Translations under genes and position numbers: made by a program
The notes under the pieces: generated by a model
Database searches by the model: none
The model's input: only the letters and a program-made list of their open reading frames with translations
Told to the model about the DNA's origin: nothing
Part shown: one piece after another, positions 57,390-64,000 of the stretch
How positions within the stretch are numbered: the first letter of the stretch is position 1
Layout of the letters: each line of letters opens with the position of its first letter
Source of the DNA: a virus
Taxonomy: Duplodnaviria > Caudoviricetes
Strand: one strand, 5' to 3'
IMG/VR virus record: IMGVR_UViG_3300021387_000299
Span: 96,001 to 160,000 of that record
Length of the DNA: 64,000 nt

Positions 57390-58688
57390 TTAATAAAACA
57401 TTTCAGTATCACTTTCCGCAGTGCATTTTAACGATTCAACCGCTTCGCGCACAGTTTTATCTTCCTCTTCCTGCTCAATCAAATTCAAAATCTTTCTTAT
57501 CGCAGTGCAATAATCATACTCCCGCCTTAAACACTTCCAAGCCCGGATAAAATCTCTTTCACTACTTCCACGCCCCATTTTTTAATCCTCCGCTACCCAA
57601 TAAGAACTATAAAAATCCTTTACTCTATCCGATAACTCCTTCTTCGGTTCCGAATAAAACTCATCTATTTTTTCAAACGAAATTTCCAAATAGCAGCAAT
57701 CGTTCGCTTCTACCACCCTACAATAAAAATTAGGTAGCCTTAACTCAAGCTGATGGCATAACTCATATATTTCATAAAAGTCCTCTTTCGTTCCTTTATA
57801 AACTACTTTCATTACTGGATTAATTAATTCCATCTTTTAATCTCCTACCTATTACTTGCATCGCCGTATTAGTAATCCTAGAAATATCTTTACTATCAAA
57901 ATATGGAAACTTTTCTCTTAACCAATCTTGCAATCCCCAACCAAACGCAGCTAATTCCTCAATACCCCAATCATCTAAGCTTTCAATCTTATTTTTTACA
58001 AAATAATCAGTCATATCTTTATAAAAATCTTCTATCATATCTTTACCTTTTTAAGTGGACATGCCAAACTTCTTCTCCCTTTCGGTTTACCAAACCCAGT
58101 TAACGGACAGATCCCCTCAGATAAATTCCCCTTGCGCAATTTTCCAATTTCACAATCCGCGCAAGTCTTAGGAAATGGAATATCAATCGTTACTATCTCC
58201 CTTTTCATTAAGTAACCCACTCTTTTTCAGTTTAATTCTGAATTTCGTCGCAGTCTTACAATCTCCTAAAAACTCAGAAAATCCCTCCATCAACTTTCCA
58301 TGATGATAACAAATATATTCATCTTCCGCATGTCCAATATCATCTAAAATAATCCATAAAGCTTCATCCGCAGTACTTCCTTTAATCTGCCTTAAATATA
58401 CCCAATAGTCCATAAAATTATAAATCTTATCTTCCATTATTTAATCTCCTATTAATTTCCAAATACCATTCTTAATTTTTACTTTTCCTTCCCAGGTTCC
58501 ATCTTCTTTTCTGCGGCAAATAATAAAGACCTGCATTCATCCTCCATCTCAAAATCTATTATTTCAATAGGCTCCATCACTCTAGCAGTAATTTCCAAAG
58601 CAGCCATAAACTTCTGTCCCCAAGGCCAATCTGAATGATAACAATCTATGTATTCAAATACTACATTAAATATTTTTTTACTTTCCAT
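57390..58688 (-). other. Operon of small hypothetical genes (57390-57578, 57582-57833, 57820-58038, 58035-58220, 58183-58437, 58479-58688)
   Basis: Abutting or overlapping minus-strand ORFs with RBS-like purine runs. Confidence 0.6.
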
Positions 58689-58757
58689 ATTAATATCCTT
58701 AATAAAAATATTACATTTTTTTAGAGAAAAGGGGTATAAGTAAAATTTGTAATATTT

Positions 58758-59456
58758 TTACTCTTCCCAATCAAACCCTTTATCTTCTATTTCCAAAGAC
58801 TTTCTTTCATAATGATTAATCCTAACAGGAATATATCCATAAGTCTCAATCCATTTCCCTAAAGCTTCAATAAAACTTCCAGAAGCCAAGTTTTTAACCT
58901 GCTGATTATAATCCGCAGTTTTAATCATTCCACTTGCTCATTGTTCAGTTAATTCAATCAATTTTTCACCAGTCTCCTTAGACTTAGTAAACTTTATCTT
59001 ATTCCACTCTTTAACCTCTTCTTCAGTCATAAATCTTGGATATTGCCCAGTTCCCATACAAGCCGCATATTTCTTTTCAGTAATATCATATTCATTACCA
59101 AGCACTTCTCTTACATAAGAATAAGCAGTACTCATCAAATGCTGAACTTGATTAACAAGATCTTCTGTATAAATAACATTAGTAACACCACTAGCAGTAT
59201 TCCAACTATTCTGTTCAATAGCTTCAACTACTTTAGGCAAATAAACTTCTTTATATAATCTTTCTTTTTTACTAGCAATATAATCTTTCTTTTTCTTCAA
59301 AAAGATGTACTTTCTTTTCTCCATCTTTCATTCATAACATTCAGAAAGTTTTGCTTCATAATCGCTTCTCTTATTTCTAAAAGATCCATAAGAAACATTA
59401 AAGAAATCTTCCGCAACTTCTTGCGTCTTATAAGGTCTATTTAACTCAAACTCCAT
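58758..59456 (-). CDS. Hypothetical protein (232 aa), two TGA read as Trp
   Basis: MEFELNRPYKTQEVAEDFFNVSYGSFRNKR...ECYE*KMEKRK...LTEQ*ASGMIK...GFDWEE then TAA; extends track ORF 58938-59324 at both ends in frame. Confidence 0.7.
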
Positions 59457-59538
59457 AACCAATATTTTTATTAAGTTTTGTCATATTTTTGCTCAAACAT
59501 CTAATATTATAAGGTTGAGTCAAAATATGACAAAAATC

Positions 59539-59745
59539 TTAATTTTTCTTCCTCCTTGCGGCGCGTATATCTTTCATAGTTACTTCATAACCAAAAGTAT
59601 AACCTCTAATAAACTTCGGGCCAAATCCTCTTAAATTCCTTATAATTTCATGCTTTGAAATATTCATTTCCTTCGCTGCTTCTTCTACAGTTTTAAATAA
59701 TCCAACAGCAACATTATCTACATCATAAGCTACTATTCTACTCAT
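59539..59745 (-). CDS. NUMOD1-like HTH protein
   Basis: VGLFKTVEEAAKEMNISKHEIIRNL...GYTFGYE. Confidence 0.55.
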   Translation of the reverse strand: MSRIVAYDVDNVAVGLFKTVEEAAKEMNISKHEIIRNLRGFGPKFIRGYTFGYEVTMKDIRAARRKKN

Positions 59746-59974
59746 TGCGCAATCCTACCTTTACTTGCGCGCGGAGCTTATCTATACCCTTATCTTTAAG
59801 TTCTTGCGCTTCCTGCTCAAAAATATCTTTGCCGCAATATTTTCTAATTTCAATAACACAGAAAGCCATAACATCATCTTCTATTTCTTTCTGTTCTTCT
59901 TCAGTAAGAAGTTTTTCTCTAAATCTTTGAACTTCTGACTTCATTAGATCATTAATATCATCTCTTAACGCCAT
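59738..59974 (-). CDS. Hypothetical protein
   Basis: AGGAGG RBS; overlaps the start of the next gene. Confidence 0.65.
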   Translation of the reverse strand: MALRDDINDLMKSEVQRFREKLLTEEEQKEIEDDVMAFCVIEIRKYCGKDIFEQEAQELKDKGIDKLRAQVKVGLRNE

Positions 59975-60404
59975 TTTATTTCCTCCTTTTGCGCTTCGCG
60001 CTTAACGGAGAGTTAAATCTTCGCTTCGCTCGATTTACTCTCCTAGCGAAGGTAAAAGTCCCTCCGGGCCTTTTCCTTCGCTTATATTATTTATCGTTTT
60101 TACGTTTTTTCCGTGCCATATATCTTTTCTTTTTTGAGAGAGTTTCTAAATCATTCATATCAAAAGTAATTCTTACATATATATTATATCATATAAATCT
60201 GTTTTCGTCAAATAAAAAGAGACGATCTCCGTCTCTTATTTTTCATTATATTTAAACCAAATCCGTCTAGGAAAACCACCGATATTGAAATAACTTGCGC
60301 TGACCACGCCTGTCGTTTCATCATATTCCCACTTTAAACCATGATCAATTTCATCGTAACCGATTTTTTCAACGGTTTTATAAATTGCTCTTTCAATCTT
60401 TTCC

Positions 60405-61258
60405 TTATCCATTATATTCCCCCGTCAATACCATTACAGCACATATCAAAATAAACCAGAAAACTACTACAAGTGAGATATTAAATAAAAGTATGACATC
60501 GCTTTCAAGGAAATCTGCGAAAGCTCTAAAAATAAATCTAAATCCTCCCATAGAATCAGCTTCCCAATCAAACCAATCTGAAAGCGAATATCTTAACCAA
60601 TCAAGAAATGAGAACAACATACCAGCAATTAATACAGTAAACGGAAACGCAATTACAGTCATTATTCCATATACTCCTTCGGAATTGCTTCCCAACCTTC
60701 AGTCTTTCTGACATTATCGAATCTGCTGCAATGACCAGAAGCGCACTTAATACCGTAGCAATAAGGTGCCCAATGATCAATGAATCTCCTTAACTTACCA
60801 GTCTCAGAAACCCAAGCTCTTCTATCTTCATATCTCATATCGCAGTTAGCATGTCCGTTTTCATAATAAGTTGACAACTGATAGTCACATTCCGCAACCA
60901 TGTCACGAAGATTCCAATCATCAGTATCTTCAGAAAGTTCGCCACCAATCGTATTATGTTCTAAGCAGAGACATTCCATGATTTCATTATACTTTCTTAA
61001 AGCCTGATTATACTTTCCTTCAGTTAATACCTTCATTATTTTCCCTCCTTAGCAAAAGAATAAACTAACGAAAAAGAGAGCAACACCAATAGAGAAACAA
61101 AGAAATATAACACTTACAGCAAGATTATCTTCCATATTAGTTTCAAAAGCAAGCGATAAGAAATTATAAATAAGTGCGGCAACCAGTCCTACGCCTCCAA
61201 AAACTGAAAATACAATAGCGCCCATGCGAAGCACAATACCCAAATTTGTGTAATCCAT
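60405..61258 (-). other. Minus-strand small genes (61049-61258 membrane, 60662-61036, 60405-60695 membrane)
   Basis: RBS-led ORFs, two of them hydrophobic. Confidence 0.6.
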
Positions 61259-61348
61259 ATTTTTATCACCTTTCTTTCTTTTACATATATATTATATCAT
61301 ATTTTTTATTTTTTTCAAATCCGATCTTTTGCCTTTAATAAAAATTTT

Positions 61349-61636
61349 ATGTATAATAATACTATAAGAGAAATTAAGGAGAAAAAAATGCCAAAAAACT
61401 ATATTGACTTTGATACCTTTAAAGCGCAGCATAATGCAAAACCTCGCTATCCACGCTGTCCCCGTTGCAAGAAACCAATGGAATCAGTAATGACCAATAA
61501 GTTTGGTAAAGTCATGTGCGCCGATTGCTTTTATATTGAAGTCGAAAAAATGGAAGCTGCCGCCAAAAGAAAACAAAAGGTAGAAATAAATGAGCCAGAA
61601 TCAGAAGATACCTTCACAATCGACATTGACGAGTAG
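61349..61636 (+). CDS. Small Zn-ribbon protein
   Basis: CPRC...CADC; probable start MPKNY after GGAG. Confidence 0.6.
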   Translation: MYNNTIREIKEKKMPKNYIDFDTFKAQHNAKPRYPRCPRCKKPMESVMTNKFGKVMCADCFYIEVEKMEAAAKRKQKVEINEPESEDTFTIDIDE

Positions 61637-62095
61637 TATGTATATTCTTACTCATCAAGAATACAGGTATAACGGATATTCAGCAGATATTTTGTGTGAA
61701 GATGGGAAATTCTATAAAATTGAAAAAGTGATGAGCGGCGACATAAGACCAATCTTATTTTTATCTAAAAAAGAAGCCAGAAGCGCACGAAAAATATATG
61801 GCCGATGGCCGAAATATAAAATTATCAAAATAAACGATCCTTCTTGGTTATGTGAATAAAGGCGAGTAAAAATCGCCTTTTTGATTTTTTATAAAAATAA
61901 TTATATAATAATAATGTAAAGAAAGAGAAGGTAAAAATATGACTGTTGAAGAATTAATTCATGAACTTGAAAAATACAATCCAAAAGCAAAAGTTGAAAC
62001 ATATGACTCTGATTATGGACCTGTATCTATCTGTGCTATCCATAAAGAAGATAAAGAAACTATCTGCCTTGAATGGGAATAAAAAAACTAATATT

Positions 62096-62548
62096 ATGAA
62101 GATTATAGATTTTGAAACAAAAGGAAATGTTATTAGATTTGCGCTCGGCGCAGATGATTGCAATGACTATTGGGGGGATGACTGGAATGATGCTCCTTAT
62201 GAACATAATGCAGGACCTGTTTATGACCGTTATGTCACTGAATATGCGACCATTCTTGTTCCTTTTGATCATACTGTTTGTGATATGGAGCATGATTGGC
62301 ATTATCAAGATAATTCTGGTTATTCTAAAGAAGATTTTAAGCTGGGCAAAGCTCCTTGTATTGTTATTGATATGTTTTCAGATTGGGATGCGAATTATTC
62401 TAATGCTGTTTTAAAAAAGGATAGCATTAGGTTTTTCTTCAATGATCCTCTTGAACCGGGTTTTTATATCTTATGTATTACAGGATCATTAAAACAGGTT
62501 ATTACTACTGGATTAACTAAGCCAACCCCCATTCATTTGAATAAATAA
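62096..62548 (+). CDS. Phage hypothetical protein (YWGDDWNDAPYEHNAG motif)
   Basis: Probable start MKIIDFE within track ORF 61961-62548. Confidence 0.65.
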   Translation: MKIIDFETKGNVIRFALGADDCNDYWGDDWNDAPYEHNAGPVYDRYVTEYATILVPFDHTVCDMEHDWHYQDNSGYSKEDFKLGKAPCIVIDMFSDWDANYSNAVLKKDSIRFFFNDPLEPGFYILCITGSLKQVITTGLTKPTPIHLNK

Positions 62549-62593
62549 AAAATATATAATATAATAATAATGTAAAGAAAGGAAATACAAAAA

Positions 62594-62962
62594 ATGTTAA
62601 TGAATCATTTCCCCAAAGGGGATACCCTTCGTTCCAAGAGAAACTTAAAGCGTAGGGTTCGCCGCACTATTCGTCACCTCAATAAGGATTTGCGCGAGGA
62701 CGTTTTTAAGGACAGATTTTGGCTGGAGGTGGAAAATGCGCACATTGTTCCGTATAATGACAACTCTGGTTGGGATGCTCATTTCTATATCATTTTTCAC
62801 GATAGGGATTGTCCTGATCGTGACTATGGCTACTGGTTTGAGCCTCATTGCATTGTCTATTCTGGTATGTTTGCTGGTGGTAGATATGTTGATTCGGATC
62901 TTAACGACTTTATCGTAAATTCTGACTTCTGGGAGAAGTATAAGGCGCAGAAAAATCAGTAA
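62594..62962 (+). CDS. Hypothetical protein
   Basis: Own promoter and RBS; intact ORF. Confidence 0.65.
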   Translation: MLMNHFPKGDTLRSKRNLKRRVRRTIRHLNKDLREDVFKDRFWLEVENAHIVPYNDNSGWDAHFYIIFHDRDCPDRDYGYWFEPHCIVYSGMFAGGRYVDSDLNDFIVNSDFWEKYKAQKNQ

Positions 62963-63030
62963 TTTGAAAAGTCTTAAAAAAAATTATATAATATATATGT
63001 AAAAAGGAAATGGGAAAGTAAACAGGGGTT

Positions 63031-63278
63031 CGAGGCCCAGGCGGTGATTTCCGGTCGTAACTTTCATCAAGTTACCCGCGCCGTCAGCTAAGGGAGCGGT
63101 TGCTTTTGGAGGATGATAGACTTCACCATATTCTAATTACTTAATCGTTAGTTTACAGGAAGCCCGAACGCAGCATCGGGGTAGCTGTGCCAAGTAAATC
63201 GAAAGATGATTAGGCGGTGCCATTACAAAAGTGGCGGTCTTGACAGAGAAGACTGGGGTTCAATTCCCCCGGGCCTCG
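63031..63278 (+). ncRNA. tRNA-like-domain RNA (~250 nt)
   Basis: CGAGGCCC/GGGCCTCG closing stem, 3' GAC-TGGGG-TTCAATT-CCCCC T-arm, GC-rich and ORF-free, downstream of promoter 62964-62992. Confidence 0.6.
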
Positions 63279-63356
63279 TGTAAGCCAACGATTATTTGAA
63301 AAGTTTAAAAATAAATTATATAATATATATGTAAATAAGGAAAGGGAAAATAAAAA

Positions 63357-63572
63357 ATGAATGTAACTGTAGGAATGCTGAAACGCTATCTTGAAAATCT
63401 CGATGAAAACCTGGAAGTTGTTGTTTACAATGATGACTATGAATGCGATACCTTCCTGAATGGTGCTCCAGTCGTTTGCACCGCAGATAAGTTTAGATAC
63501 TGTAGTGGCGACTCTTGTATCTGCATGGAGGATAATGATCCCGACAAGCTGTATTGCTACTTCAACATGTAA
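63357..63572 (+). CDS. Hypothetical protein
   Basis: Own promoter and RBS. Confidence 0.6.
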   Translation: MNVTVGMLKRYLENLDENLEVVVYNDDYECDTFLNGAPVVCTADKFRYCSGDSCICMEDNDPDKLYCYFNM

Positions 63573-63654
63573 AAATCCACCACTTAAAAAATTAAAAAAA
63601 ATATATTAAAATATAAGTGTAAAGAAAAAAGAAAGGCAAAGAGGTGATTACACT

Positions 63655-63996
63655 ATGACAAACAAGGCTACTCTTACTGACAGAATCAACGCCATCACAT
63701 TCGAAACTTTGACTGAAGAGGACTTCCAGTTCCTGGTTGAACGTGCTCTGAAGTCTGTCCGTCCTGCTGGAAAGCGTTCCGACAAGCCGACTAAGGCACA
63801 GGTTGCTCGCCAGGCTGAACTGGAAAAGGTTGTCGCCTTCGTCGCTGAAAAGGGCGCTGTCACTTGCGCTGATGTTGAAGCTGAGTTCGGCATCTCCAAC
63901 CAGAAGGCAGCTCGTGCTCTGAAGGACGCTCCGGGCGTTGTCAAGGCTACTGAAGCCAAGGGCAAGACTAAGGCAACTTGGGTTCTTGCTCAGTAG
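63655..63996 (+). CDS. Winged-helix protein (paralog of 47263-47637)
   Basis: LT..IN.I.FE.LTEE.F.FL.ERALKS.R and TKAQ/QKA shared with 47263-47637. Confidence 0.7.
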   Translation: MTNKATLTDRINAITFETLTEEDFQFLVERALKSVRPAGKRSDKPTKAQVARQAELEKVVAFVAEKGAVTCADVEAEFGISNQKAARALKDAPGVVKATEAKGKTKATWVLAQ

Positions 63997-64000
63997 TATA

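Noticed and set aside
47749-63278. Either tRNA-like RNA as the TGA suppressor (both contain CTTCACC)
   Set aside because: In neither is TCA centred in a 7-nt loop on a 5-bp anticodon stem, so the claim is unsupported without splicing or structure data.
63031-63278. Canonical tmRNA (ssrA)
   Set aside because: No GGGG 5' end, G3.U70 pair or CCA, no recognisable tag peptide, and it is short.

Overview
A 64-kb piece of a large, AT-rich tailed phage genome. The canonical TTGACA/TATAAT promoters and GGAGG ribosome-binding sites (RBS) point to a Firmicutes-type host. Positions 1-35.6 kb are one minus-strand morphogenesis module: terminase, portal, protease/scaffold, capsid, neck, tail, a ~2800-aa tape measure and tail-tip genes. 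The ORF track breaks this module into pieces only because in-frame TGA is read as Trp there (genetic code 4). The reconstructed genes stay in frame and end on TAA/TAG. Positions 36.7-56 kb are an accessory/early region of tiny genes, mostly with their own promoters, where TGA is still a real stop and Trp is TGG, so the genome appears to use two codes. This region is rich in non-coding structure. Ten copies of an element pair a leftward sigma-A promoter with a GC-rich hairpin of variable sequence but fixed geometry. It also has two families of palindromic operators, two perfect parS sites, terminators whose loops are the next -35 box, a tRNA-Gln, a tRNA-like RNA with a large insertion (a second lies at 63 kb) and several promoter-driven structured ncRNAs. 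Positions 56.5-64 kb hold small hypothetical genes on both strands, including one more TGA-recoded gene. No CRISPR array, integrase, lysin or TGA-suppressor tRNA was recognised in this window. Product calls rest on motifs and synteny only; no database search was run.
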